In this document: positions 1 through 12,512 of the stretch, piece after piece | Numbering within the stretch: position 1 is the stretch's first letter | How the letters are laid out: every line of letters starts with the position of its first letter | Source of the DNA: Vitrella brassicaformis CCMP3155 | Lineage: Eukaryota; Protista; Chromerida | Direction: 5' to 3' | Assembly (NCBI GenBank): GCA_001179505.1 | Contig: CDMY01000254.1 | Coordinates: forward strand, 83,632 to 147,631 | Length of the DNA: 64,000 bases | The notes under the pieces: generated by a model | Databases searched by the model: none | What the model was told of the DNA's origin: nothing | The model's input: the letters and a program-made list of their open reading frames with translations, nothing else | Made by a program: the position numbers and the translations under genes

Positions 1-2054
1 GCTGCATCACAGGGATGACGTCGTGGATGTCGACGAGCTGACTGCACTGGAAGAGCCTCAAGAAGGCCGCAACGGCCTCCGTCCTGTTGGGTGGCAGCTT
101 GACGGCAGAAGAAGAGCCGAACGGGCGGTAGGTGCCGCTGGGCAGGAGGAAGGCAGCGTAGCCGTTGGGACGCAGGACCCTCTCCACCTCTGTCAAAAAG
201 ACACGCACACACGCACAAACGCAAAAATGAAGGCGATTGAAGGGTGACTCACCGGCAGCGTAGTGGAATGTACAGTCTATGCGGTTGAAGACCTTGGCAA
301 AGACAAAGTCGAAGGAGTCGTCTTTGAAGGGCAAGTCGTGCAAATCGCCCCTGACCACCAGTGGAGGCCTCTCCACCAGATCGACACCAATGGCGTACCG
401 CACGCCGGCTTGGTACAATGCCCGCACCTCTTCCCCTGTTGACGCGCCAATGCTGAGGGCATGCGAGTCGCGCGTGATGTAGCCGGCAGACCAATAGCGA
501 TCAAACAATCGCACATGCATGTACCTACACCAACCACAGAAGTCAACACCTCGAGACAAAGAAGCGGCGTGCATACCTTATCCACTCGAGCATATCGACG
601 GAGAGCTGTCCTGAAACGTCTTGCCCATCTGAAGCGCTTCTTCTGATGTAGGCGCCGTTCTCCTGTGTTGCGACGGATTCATTGTACGCCCTTCCATTCG
701 CGAACGAACTGGCGTGGCTGCTGAGGGCAGACTGACACGTTTCCGTTGTATTTCGCGCTGCTTCCCGGCCGATGCTCTGCCGTTGGTTCAGTGGGAGGGA
801 ATCCATGATAAAGCAGCTGTCATTGGCGACACTGGGGCGCACGAGACGCTGAGCAACAAAGGAAGGCGTTTCTTGTGGACTCGTCTTTCGCTTGTCCGCC
901 GTCCATATGTTTAAGCACTCGTCGGCCGCATCGTCGAGGTCGTGCGAAGCTGACATATTCCTAAGGAGAGGCGAGCCATTGGTGCGATGCTCTAATCTGC
1001 TATATCCCCAGCTGACCTTTGGGCAAAGTCAGTATGGAGAATATCAAGGAGGTCCAGCACGGGCCACTCTGAGACAAACAAGACATGCCAGCCGGCCAGC
1101 CAAGGCAGCAACAGCTAGCTCACCTGTGCTCAGTAAGGTCCGCAGAGGGATCTGCCTGATGATGTCTCTCAACGGATCCACGAGAATATCTCTCCTGTCG
1201 ACATTTTGAATCATGGCTGCCGAGATGAGGGCCAGCGGGCACTTGTTGAAATAGCGAGAGGCGTCTTCGAGAAAGAGAGACACACTCTGCCTTTGAGCAA
1301 CCAGATCCTCTGTGGGCCTCCGTGTACCTTTGGGGACCTCTTGGAGGAGTCGAGCCGCCTCATTTGCGCGCTCTTGCAGAAGGGCCGCTGGCGGCTGGCC
1401 ACCATTGATTTGCTCTTGCCATGTGCTTACCAGTTCCATGAGAGAGCCGTGGAACGCTCGGAGTGCTGAAAAGTGGTGAAAGAGAGGACAGTCATACGAG
1501 TCAAGATCAGGAAGGCCCTCTTTCAACAGAGCAAGCATCCTTAACAAGAGAAAGAATACAAATGAGGGAAGACATCTGGCCCTCTGCGCTGACCTGAGAA
1601 TCGGCCATGTTGTATTGAGTATGTGGGAAGCGAGACCCAACTTGTCGTACATCTCGTCGAGCTCAGCCAGGGTGTGGGACATGTACTGCTCGAGGGACGC
1701 GATGACAGCGTCATTCTGGGGCGGATGGACGGCAAAGAACAGGCGTGCCACGAAGACAACCACATAGCTGTCGGGTTCCCGTGACAGCGAGTTCCAGTCT
1801 GTTGACTCGACTTGCCGCAAAATCTTCGCACTTTCTCTTGCTGCGCATCGAAGGGACAGTTCTGTGTCAGCGAAATCAACAGCCTCTGATCGGATGTCAG
1901 CCTGATGACGGGCTCTACTGTGTTCCGGTCGCGAGGCTCGGTTGGGAAACAGCAGCTGGAGATGATCGTGGAGGAGTGAAACACGGAGAGATTGGTTGGC
2001 GCATGACGCCAGGGCTGCAGTGACGAGGACCACTCCGAGTTTGGCATACATCAT
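1..2054 (-). CDS. Secreted/type II membrane protein with an unknown N-terminal helical region and a C-terminal class I SAM methyltransferase (Methyltransf_11-like); 5 exons seen, runs off the window start
   Basis: Hydrophobic N-terminus (MMYAKLGVVLVTAALASC). Phase-compatible GT-AG introns join ORF 1044-2054 to a short exon (EWPVLDLLDILHTDFAQ), ORF 543-956 and then ...SHALSIGASTGEEVRALYQAGVRYAIGVDLVERPPLVVRGDLHDLPFKDDSFDFVF...|EVERVLRPNGY, which contains MTase motifs I, II and post-II. The catalytic exons are in a frame absent from the ORF track. Confidence 0.85.
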
Positions 2055-2311
2055 CTACATCATCTAAGCAAACATCCGTTTGTACGGAATCGGCTCGATA
2101 TACGGCGATGTCTCCTGCTCGCCACTCTAGATCTGACTAGAGAGGGCCGGGCAGAAATGGGACCTATGGGTGGTTGAGAGTGGCTGCTGATCAGCTCGCG
2201 TCCATGCGCCCTCTGTGTGGCGCGGCAGATCTCCAACTGTCAGTCGGGCTAGCACAATTCACGATGGTGAGGGCGTGAGGGGATGATGCGACCCGCATGT
2301 TGATGAGCACT

Positions 2312-2532
2312 CTATGCCGGTGGTTTTGCATCCTGTGTGGTATCTTGGGTCGGATCAGCCGGTGCTTCCATTGTCGTCTTGGCCTCGTCGTTGGGTCCCC
2401 CTGATTTATTGCAAGTCCATGCAGGATTCAGAGTCGTGTGAAAATACCTTTTTCTGATGTCCGTATCAGCAACCAGAGAAGGAATGAGGCGATGACAGTG
2501 AGAACGACTGTTGCTGACAGTGACGTTTTCAT
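2312..2532 (-). pseudogene. Truncated duplicate of the first two exons of the HtrL-like gene at 45925 (signal anchor plus stem), ending in a stop
   Basis: Near-identical to about 45925-46130. Spliced reading: MKTSLSATVVLTVIASFLLWLLIRTSEK|GGPNDEAKTTMEAPADPTQDTTQDAKPPA*. Confidence 0.7.
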
Positions 2533-3187
2533 ACAGACTGTGGCACATCAGTAACGAAGTGTCTCCGTTTGGATCCACCTTCACGCACCTAACGCCGCGA
2601 GTCTACCAACTCTTCTGGTATGCTCATGTCATTCCTACAACCGTCAACCATGCAATTCAAGTTATTCAACTGAATTAACGTCACTGTCCCGATTTGTCGG
2701 TTGTAAAAATCGGTGGAAGATTGCTGTAGAAGAATTGCTTCCATTGCAATCCGACTCTGTCAACAACTAAGCGGTCTCTGTCGACAACGACCCTTCTGTC
2801 TCGAATTACGTAATTGATGTGTGACTCATTACTCGAGAGAAAAGAACTCCTACTCGTAAAGAATAAAAACCATCGGTTTTACCGAATTACTAAGCTGGGA
2901 CTTCGAGGCCAAGGTCCATTGTAAAAAACGCGGAAAACCCTGGCGCAAAACTCAACAAGGATTTCAACTGTCCTGTAGGACATGGTTTCCTTTCCCATTT
3001 ATCTTCATCAGAACGTTCTCATGGTGTGCTTCTCGCCCTTCTCCGGTCGTTCGCTGCGGAGAAACAATTTCCTTAGGTCTTTTCTAGCCCATTTCTCGAC
3101 ACGAGACCGGTCCAGATCCACACACGAGCCCCGAACCCCTTTTTTACTGATCGGACCGCCCCTATGCGTATGCATTAATGAAAGAAA

Positions 3188-5461
3188 GTGGCGTTTCCCG
3201 CTGCTTTTTCTGGGATGTCCAGCTTTGGCAGCCGCAGGATGCCCATTGCGCCAGCGTTGGCGCTCGCTGTTGCTGCTTCCGTCGTGTTTCTCTTTCGTCT
3301 GCGTTCGCTACCGGTCTGGGTCAGTCACTTAATGTGTCCGTCACCTGATGAGATTGCGGTGGCCATACGAGGCGCAATGGAGCGGACCACCCACGAGACA
3401 GAGCGATTGCACCATCCTCTCGATCTGTACAAGAATTTGAGGTGTCTGAGGGCACTCATGCCGAGAGAATGGACAGTGTGGGAATCTGCGCCGTACTACG
3501 GTGCGAATGTTTCGGTTCGCTCGACAAGCGAGGCGTCCAGAAGGGCAGATGCGTTGTTTCCCGTCAGCTTCCGTCCAGGGCAATTCAAGCCTTGGCTTGA
3601 CTTTTTGGATTCGGTGCTTGCCGATGTTAGCCTGTCCTTTGCTGACGACAATGCCTTTCTCGAGAGGCACGGGGCTTTTGGTGTCATTGAGGGGTACTGC
3701 CGTCATGGCTACTTCAAATACGGTAAAACCCATGACTTTCTCGGGTGCATTTGCGTGATGGTCACATGTCCACCCCTATGGATTGGCGATTTATTTATCG
3801 TGCAGGACAGTTCTGCACGGAGTACTGGATCCCCTTTCTCTTGCAGACACTTCGTATAGCCGGCAAGAAAGTGGTCACCGACTGCGACAAAGCTGACTTT
3901 ATAGTGTCTTGGTATTTTCAGAAGGTAAAGAAGAATAAGCGGCTTATTGATGCAGTCAAATGGGATGATAAGTTTTACTACTTATGCTCCTCTAACGTCC
4001 CTAGATGCTGAGAAAGAACAAGGTAATAAGGTAGGCTGCCGTGTATTTCTTATTCGCCTTTCGTACAGGTGTTTCGCCCTGGTGCCATGTGGAGGGGTGT
4101 AAGCTCTTCCAATCCACAGGGGCATCGCCAATTTCTGCAACGATGGCCAGAAAATTGCGAAAGAAGTTCGTTAATGAGCCGTCTCGTTTCTGGTTTATTC
4201 TAAGCAGTGGCCAGATCAAGTAAGTCTTACTGTTCAGCTCAGGCACCCACCTAGAAGTATATTTGGCATCTGATCAAGTTTTGGTGCTTGAAGGCTCTAC
4301 GTCAACAAAGCCTTCATGCACCTGACGCCGCGAGTCTCGAAATTTGCAGTGGAGGGCACCAACAAGGATATCCGGTTCTCACGAAGCAACGCGGTACTTG
4401 CGGTACTTGTCCCCATAGTAAGTCTGTTTGCGTGTGTGTGTGGCTGCAGATCATAATCCCCGGCTACGTGCAACTTGCAGAGAGACAGCGAATTATTGGG
4501 ATGACAGATCATACGCCCCTAAACGATTCCAACAATGCCAGTTCAGTTCGTCGACCCCTTCTGTTTGTCTACTGTGGGCACTTCCGGAGGAACGAGGAGA
4601 GGAGGTATTTGAAGAAACTTATCGAGTTGAAGCAAATCAGACAAGATGGCCAGAAGGTGTATGTGGGCCACTGCAAGGTGGGGGCGTGGCAATACACTGC
4701 ATGAGAAAGCGAGGCGCGAAGAGCCGAGCATCACAAGCCATGCAAAGGCGCACAATGGACTGTCATGCAGATAAAAGACTTTGTTACGCGGCTGGTCTCA
4801 AGCAAATACTGCGGCACTCCTCGCGGAAACACTCCCTGGACCTCGCGGTTTTACAAGAGCCTCGTGGCCCTCTGTGTGCCCGTGCTATTCTCGCGCTCCT
4901 TCCTCCTGCCCTTCCGGCACCTGAGTGAGTCAACGGATAAAGGCATCAAGGGGACCTGGTTTTTATGTCCGTTTTGCGTTTAGTTCCGTGGCACAGGTGG
5001 GATTTCCCATTCAAATGCACACACAAGCGGCCACCACACACGGCTGGTATAGTCGCGTTCATGATTAAGCAACTGTTGTGTGGTGTCTCACCTGGGCAGA
5101 GTCGTGGTGTATCGCGAGATGAAGAGAAGCGACGGAAGTATCAAAAAAGCGCATGAGTTTTGGTCTGACCTTGTCCAGAGAGAGCATGAGCTTCACGAAA
5201 GGCGGCAATGGATGAGGTCAACTAGTCTCCAATACATCCTTACACTCACAGTAATACTTACATTTGTGGCTGCCTTTGTGTTTGTGCAGAACCATACGGC
5301 CGTACATTGTGCCCTCGTGCAGACCAGATGATTGTTCTGCAGCCAAACCGTACAGTTCCCTACTTGTACTCGAGCTCAGATTGCTGAAGTTGCAAATGTT
5401 TTTAAGGGTCCCCATGGAAAACTTGATGACTTTTCTAATGCATCTATTCTTGAGAACTTGA
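3188..5461 (+). CDS. Exostosin-family glycosyltransferase (GT47), multi-exon
   Basis: N-terminal signal anchor (ALALAVAASVVFLF). IIIPGY...RRPLLFVYCG and SSKYCGTPRGNTPWTSRFYKSLVALCVPVLFSRSFLLPF match the exostosin C-terminal signature. Confidence 0.85.
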
Positions 5462-5469
5462 CTCATGGT

Positions 5470-8241
5470 TCAGTCGTCGGCTATTCGGTAGGCGGCCGGG
5501 AGGCGCGTCCTCAGCACTCCCTCCATCGAGTCACGAACTACCTCAACCCTGTCAGTTCTCTGCCTTTCTACGATGTCTTTCTCTCCCGGCCTCACTTGGG
5601 CCTCGCTATCTCGATTCCACGCCCTTCTCACTGCACTCCCCTGTTCCCTCTCTGTGTCTGCATCTCTATTCCGAAACACGGGCTTCTCCCCCCGTCTGCT
5701 CTCCTCTGCCATGAAAGACTGAAGCTTCTCCTCGTAGCCTTGTACTCGCAGCGGTCGAATGTCGATGCCTAACATTTTCCTCCACGCTAGCAGGCTGCGG
5801 ACCTCAAAGCTATCACCGATGATGACCGCGGTGCCACCCGCCCCCTGACGTCCCGTTCGGCCTGATCGACGCAAGACAGCACAACACTTTCTCTGTCATC
5901 ATCTGCCAATATCTATTGGTACCTCCTACCCGCGAGGTGCTGGTACTCATCTGGTGTGCGAGGCCTTCCCAGCACGAACACCATGTCGACCTGCACGATT
6001 CCAAATGGCACATTGCCAGTTGTGTACTCTTTTGCATCGTTCTCCGTCCATGCTTCACCTGGTTGAAGTGCAGCCCTCGCGCCCCATCCATCGACGCGAC
6101 CAAGAGAGGCGGAGATGAGTTTTTGTCGACAACCGTATTGTCAATCCTCTCCTGAAGCGCTGCATCAGGGACAGCTTCCTCACCGTCTTGCTTCTTGAAT
6201 CGGCCCTTGAGCTCCTGGTGCTTGGCCAGCGCCTCCTGTGAAGTCTTGACGCGAAGGTCCCTCGTCTTCTTCTTGAAGCCGCTGTGGAAGCCGAGTGCCT
6301 CGTGCAGGGGCATGGTGTCCTGAATAGGCCAACACGCATTCGTCGGGATCGCTTCACGGTTGGCCCGTATCCTACCTGAAACCCCTGTGTCTTCAGGAAG
6401 TGAGTCAGGGACCGCACAGAGTGATGGGGTGCGAGGAATATCAGGGGCCTGGAGGGCTTGAGCGTCCTCAATGCCGCAACCAACCCGTTTACCTTCGCAC
6501 CTGGAGAGCAGACACTACACTCGTGCTGTTTTATCCGTGGATGTCTCTTTCCTGTCTGCTGTGCATACCCAGAGTGTTGTTGGTGAGCGGGAGGAAGAAA
6601 TGCTCAATGGTGTCGGGTACACCTACAGCGCGAGAGTGCAGATACTCCTCCACCTCGAACGGCCTGAACACATACGGAACAAAGAGCACGATGCACGACC
6701 AGGGAGACAAGTCTCTGGTAAGCGCACCGTATGAGTAGTGGCCCCCCCTTGTCCACGTCCCTGACACCCATCATGTTAGCCAGCTCGCGACGCAGCGGGC
6801 GTCCGATCGTTGCCGACGCCGCTATCAGCTGAACGGACTGACGTAAATGACGAGACGTCTCTAGCACAGCCTGAATGCACACAGGGACGCACAAGTGCCC
6901 AAGTCGTACTACGCTGGGTGGTCTGCCGGTCCGTGTGTAATGTACCTGCGCAATGACGGTCGCAGGTCTTGGGTGCTTCTTGCGGACCTCTTTGTCGCGC
7001 AAAGTGGCATAGCGACCTGTGAACAGAACAGAGACACACCTGCGTCCCTGCATTGTGGGTTTCCTCGTCCTCAGCACCACCTACCCAGTGGTGACACCAG
7101 TCTGTCCACTTCATCCATGATGAGGTGCCTGACGTTTTGTAGCAACCGGTGCGGCTTCACACGCGCTAGGTGATGATGCTGGGAAGACGCAGTGGAGTCG
7201 TAGCGGAGAGCGCGCAGGAGCGACGTGGCGGTGCCAACAACATACGGACAGGACGTCCTGACAGGACAACCAAACGGCTGTATTGGAGACCCGGCATCTG
7301 CGGATGCGGCTCACCTCAGAAGCGTTCGCTCAAGGGGCAGATTCTCGTCGTCGATCACCAGATGCACGAGATCTGGCCGTTGAAGTGGATCATTTGATCG
7401 ACTGCCCGTCAAGGCACCCTCAAGTTCCAATATCTGAACACAAAACACAGTCACATGTCCCGTGATGCAAGAGCCCGTGTATTAGGCTAACCTCTTGTGC
7501 AAGCTGGATGGCCAGCTCTCGTGTAGGAGCGATGACGAGCGTCTCCATGGGAGCCCGCTCCCTCGCCGCCCCTCTTGCCCGCCTCGCTTGAGCCAGTCTC
7601 CTGACCATGAGGGGCAGGAGGAACGCCAGTGTCTTGCCCGACCCCGTCTCGCTGTGGAGCAACACATCCTCTCCAGAGAGTATGAGGTCCATAGAGGCCC
7701 GCTGGATGGCAGTCGGTGAATGGATGTTGCGGCCTCTCAAAACAGAGGCGACGGGACCCGGCAGCTCCAGTGAGCCGAACGACATAGGCCGACCGTCTTG
7801 TTTGTTGTGAGGTTGGGGACGCGTCGGGATCGGAACGGCGGGGGGCTCTGAGTGCGGCTGCGAGACCCCAGGTAGTGGCGAGGTCTCCATCTCCGTTCTT
7901 CTCAGGTCCGCCAGTCGATGTTCGAAGGTCTTCTTGCGTCGCTGCCGCTCGCGCCAGGTGACAGGAGGCGTTGCAACAGAGGTGCTGCTGCTGCTGGACA
8001 TGAATACTCCTGATCTCCTGACATGCCGACAGTCAGTGCTGGCTGCTGACGGAAAGCCGTCGGCGAGAGGCCAATTGGGGGAGGTTGGCAGAGTGAAGGC
8101 GTGTGTACGGCTGAGGGGAGCCATAGCACACGCAAGTGCAGTGAGGCAGCGGGAGGAGCGCCATCTCTGCCGGGGCGCATGAGATGCACAAGTATGTCGC
8201 TGATCCACGCTGTCTGCGGTCGTTGCAGCGTCTGATTCCAT
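5470..8241 (-). CDS. DEAD-box RNA helicase, probably plastid-targeted, multi-exon
   Basis: Q-motif (PTAIQ), motif I HSETGSGKT, Ia APTRELA, II MDEVD (about 7110), III SAT, Va ARGLHF, VI HLAGR|SGRTGR. Leader CLTALACAMAPLSRTHA-F followed by an S/R-rich stretch. Confidence 0.92.
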
Positions 8242-8386
8242 GCCGTGTTGGACTCGTAGATCAGAAGTCTGATCACGTGCTTCCGATTTTTGCGAGCTCA
8301 AGTAGCAGATCTCCCTCCCCTGGGATTACGCGTGCACGTCGGGTTCGGCGGTGGTTGGGTACTTGGAGGAACAGAAGATCGACACA

Positions 8387-10374
8387 ATGGTGCCAACCAA
8401 CGGCCAGCTGTTCATGCTGGCGAACGGCATTCTCGGTGGGTTGGTGGTGCTGACGAACTTCGTGCTGCTGCCAATCATCCTGCAGATGATCCTCTACGCT
8501 GCCACCATCATCTACATCGGAAGCCACCTCTCGCTCAAACTCAAAGAGGTGCGGCGCGACACGTGTACCACAGATCTGCCACGTGTGTGTCTGTGAGCAC
8601 AATTCTCTGGTGCCTGTAGACTGACCCAGTCACTGGCGAGAAGCAGATGGGAGAGTCGATGAGCCAGAAGGATGCCATGATGTTCCCAATCATCGGATCG
8701 GTGTCCCTCGTCACTCTGTACAACACGCCAGACAGCAGACACGTGCCAGCACCGACTGCAACTTCGTTTGTCGGTTGCTTCTCAGGTACGTTTTTTACAA
8801 GTTTCTGTCGCCGTACTGGGTGAACCTGCTGCTGACGACATACCTGTCCATCCTGGGCATCGCAGCGCTCGCAGCCACCATCTCGCCGGTTCTCGAAAGG
8901 GTGAGTACCAATGAAGGATGTGTCTGTCGTCTGCGCCTTGCGTCATGTCGTTGGCTTGCGTTGGCTTTCCGGCCTTGTCTTGCAGGTGGTGCCCATCCCT
9001 GCAAAAGTGTTGGACCGCAAGTTCCACATCACCTTTCAGCTGCCGGGCCCGCTGAAGCGAAAAGAGGGTGAAGAGCACCCGAGGGAGGGACACATGTGAC
9101 TTGTAGAGTCATTCCTGATTTCAGGTCCGCATGACTTCCGTTTCACCGTGTTGGACATCGTGAGTCACGTGGTGTCGCTGCTGGTGGCCATCGCATGGCT
9201 GGTCACCAAACACTGGTGCCTGCACAACATATTCGCCATCGCATTCTCCATACAGGCAAGCTAGGCCAAGTCGTGCACCCGTGTGACTGTGCCCGTCCAC
9301 GTGTCTGGGCTGCGTTGTCTGTCTGTCTGTCTGTCTTTGAGTACAGATGATCTCTCTCGTATCACTGGGGAGATTCCAAGTCGCATTCATTCTGTTGGTA
9401 ATGACACTATGGACGAAGCACTTCTTGCAAAGCACGAGTATGATTGTGTCGAGTCCCTCCTCTGGTCCCCCAGAGTGGTCTGTTTATTTATGACATCTTC
9501 TGGGTCTTCGGAACCGACGTCATGGTCACTGTCGCTAAAGTGAGAACACTCAGGAGCCACACATGAGCGTTTGTCATCTGCACATCTGTCTGTGGGTATG
9601 TCAGTCGTTCGAGGGCCCGGCTAAGCTTGTTTTCCCGGTGTCGTTTGACCCGTGGAAGCAGTCCATCCTGGGCCTTGGGGACATCGTCATACCGGGGATA
9701 TTCATAGCCATGTGCCTCAGGTGCGCGTCGCACCCCCACGAACCGACCAATGCACGCGATTGTCTGGACGGTTCATTGAACAGATTTGACCAGCATCTGT
9801 TTGAGGAGGGTCTGGAGGGGGCTCCGGTCAAGAAAAAGGACGACGTCATAGACATACACCAGGTACCATTTTTCAGCATGGAGCACGCCGCGTGTGTGTG
9901 ATGGCGTTTCTTTGTGCGTCATATAGGGTTTCCACAAGGTCTACTTCACCAGCGCCATGGTTGCTTACTGTCTGGGTCTGGCAACCACTGGGGCGGTCAT
10001 GTTCGTCTTCCAGGTGAGACGACGAGCCGAAGACGACAGGGAGAACGCATTGACGTCTAGTGTGCTTGTGTTTGCAGCACGCCCAGCCAGCTCTCCTTTA
10101 TCTGGTGCCGTTCTGTCTTGGCGCTCTGCTCCTCACCGCAGTCATTAGACGAGAGTGGTCGCACGTGTAAGCACCCCACAGATAAGCGGACGCAGGCAGT
10201 GGTTTCGAGCTGTGTATTTGTGACGCCGTCCGTGGTGGCTGGTGCAGGTGGACATACAAAGAGGAAGAGGACAACAAGGATGATAAGAAGGAGGCCACCG
10301 ATGCCGACACAGCTGCTGAGGGCACACAAGATGACAACGACGAGTCGTCCATGGAGAGCAAGAAGAGCCAGTAG
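8387..10374 (+). CDS. SPP: Signal peptide peptidase (A22B intramembrane aspartyl protease), multi-exon
   Basis: GLFIYDIFWVFGTDVMVTVAK (YD motif), SILGLGDIVIPGIFIA (GxGD), QPALLYLVP (PAL motif), multiple TM segments. Confidence 0.95.
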
Positions 10375-10477
10375 CTCAGCCTGTGTGACCAATGTGAATT
10401 TGTGTAGGCGCATGCTAATTAATGTGTGCTGACGGTCTGTTGGGCCTGTTGGTTGTTGCTGACGGTCTGATTTTAAT

Positions 10478-12324
10478 TCATCGCCAAACATAACCCATGT
10501 CCACGTCTCTGGCGTGCGCAGCATACCGGCACAGATGGCACGCGCTGTGGGGGCTGTTGAGCTCCAACAACTCGTAGAAGGCCCGAGAGGGGCCGACCTG
10601 ATGCGAGAAAATAGCGCAGCTTCTCATGCTTTCCTTCCTGTACCCTTTTCCATTCCAGATATTCGTCGTATTCATCGTCATGATTGTTGAGGTAGGACAG
10701 ATAGTCGGCCAAGGCCTGTGAACAGAATCGAGGCTGCCTTCCTCTGTCCTGTCGATTTGTCCTGTCAATGCAGGCCCGTCTGTACCTTGGGCGATGCGAA
10801 GTCTTCCGCGACGACGTAGCTGTGCGGATGGGGGGCGAAGAGGTGGTAGTTGTTCTTTCGCGACTTGACGATGGGCACGGTGCCGGCAGCCAGCGCAATC
10901 CCAAACTTCTCGGTGACGTAGTCAGGCGTGTCACTGTTCTCGAGCGCCAGATGGAACTTGAATGTCCTGATGAGCTCCATCTTCTCACGACAGTTGCGCA
11001 GCACGTCCTGCAGTGACCTGTTCCTTTTCCGCATTCTTTCGTGTGAGTCGGGCATTGGCTCGTCCATGTAGTCGCTCGCTTTCGCATTGTTGAGGCACTG
11101 GCCGAACGAATGGATGAACACGTGCTTGCCCAGCTCTTTCATGTATCTCAGGCGACCATTCCTTTCACGCGAACAAGACAGAAAAATCTCTGCCTTGCGT
11201 TGGGTGTTTTTCTCTGTATCTCACTTGTCTTTCTTTCCGCAGTTTGACACGACGAGGCTGACAAGACGATCCTTCCTCTTGGCCCGTGGAGGCGTCATCC
11301 AGTGGAAGCTGAATATAGTCAGAGGTCACAAGAAAGAGACGATCATTGAGTTTTGGCTAACTCCAGAAATGTCTCAGGGTTCAGTCGGTCGTGTCCCAGG
11401 TAGATTCTCGGCACGTCGCTGTCGAGATGATACGTGGCCTTCAGGTCGAATTTCCTGTCTCAAACGAAGGGAAGCAATCATGTTTATTGCCATGCCGTTA
11501 GCCTCTGCTTACTTGAGATATTCCGGCCGGCTTAGGTCTGGAAACAGAGTGGAAGGCTCCATCGAACTCAGTGCAAAGTGCTGAGCAAAATTACTTAGAA
11601 GGTTACAGACTGTCTACAGATCTTCTCACCTGGTGTGACTTTTTTGCACCCTGCGCAACGAGAGTGTCGACTTCAGAGCCTTGATTGAACGAAAACAACA
11701 CTAAATCGGCTGTCCCATTCCACAAAAACTGCCTGCAGCGAACACCCCTTCATATTATTCTTGCCAGTTCTTTCCACCTGACCTTTCTTTGGTGAGGTGG
11801 CAGGGCACGTCACACGGCATCCGTCTATCCTCGAGATAGCTCCCTATCCCCCGCCTTGTTCCCCATTCCAACAGCCACACAGGACGTGACTCAGTCACCG
11901 TGTAAAACTCCCATGATTTTTTACTGCTCAAACCGCTGAGCGGCGGCGGCCTTTCCCCGGCAGCGATAGCCTTGGCATCGCTGCACTTGTATCGGTAATC
12001 AAAGTAGTCGACCCACCGATGACGGCGAGGCCGGCGAGGATCACTCGGATCCAGGCGGTTCACCTTCGAACGGCCTGGCAAAGCGGGAAGTGTCGGTTGC
12101 TGACCATGGACGAAAGGCAATGGATGAAACGGACGGGGAAGGTGTCGCGAACACTCAGGCAGGCGGTCCTCCCTTAATAGGTCTTGTCTAAGCTGGCGGT
12201 ACCGCAACGACGGGTAGATCCGTAGAAGATGAGCAGAAAAGGGGATAAGCAGCGACGCAATCAGAGCCGCGACCAAAAGGACTGCCGGAGGAGGAGCTCC
12301 GCGCATTTTCGAGGGTAAGGGCAT
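10478..12324 (-). CDS. Alpha-1,3/4-fucosyltransferase-like (GT10), multi-exon
   Basis: FKFHLALENSDTPDYVTEKFGIALAAGTVPIV, AEDFASPK and ALADYLSYLNNHDDEYDEYLEWK are GT10 signature motifs. N-terminal signal anchor (AVLLVAALIASLLIPF). Confidence 0.9.
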
Positions 12325-12512
12325 TTTGTGCTTCTTTCCAAACACAATTTGGAAGGAAAGAGTTTGCGTAAACTGAAAGTGTTCCGGTCCATGGGTTCCG
12401 GGCGGGAAGCGAGCGCATTGTATGCATGCACATTGTTTACACACAGCGCACATATGCACAAGTGCGATGAGACATTACAGCATGCATTTGGGTCTGTACA
12501 AGAGGGACACAT

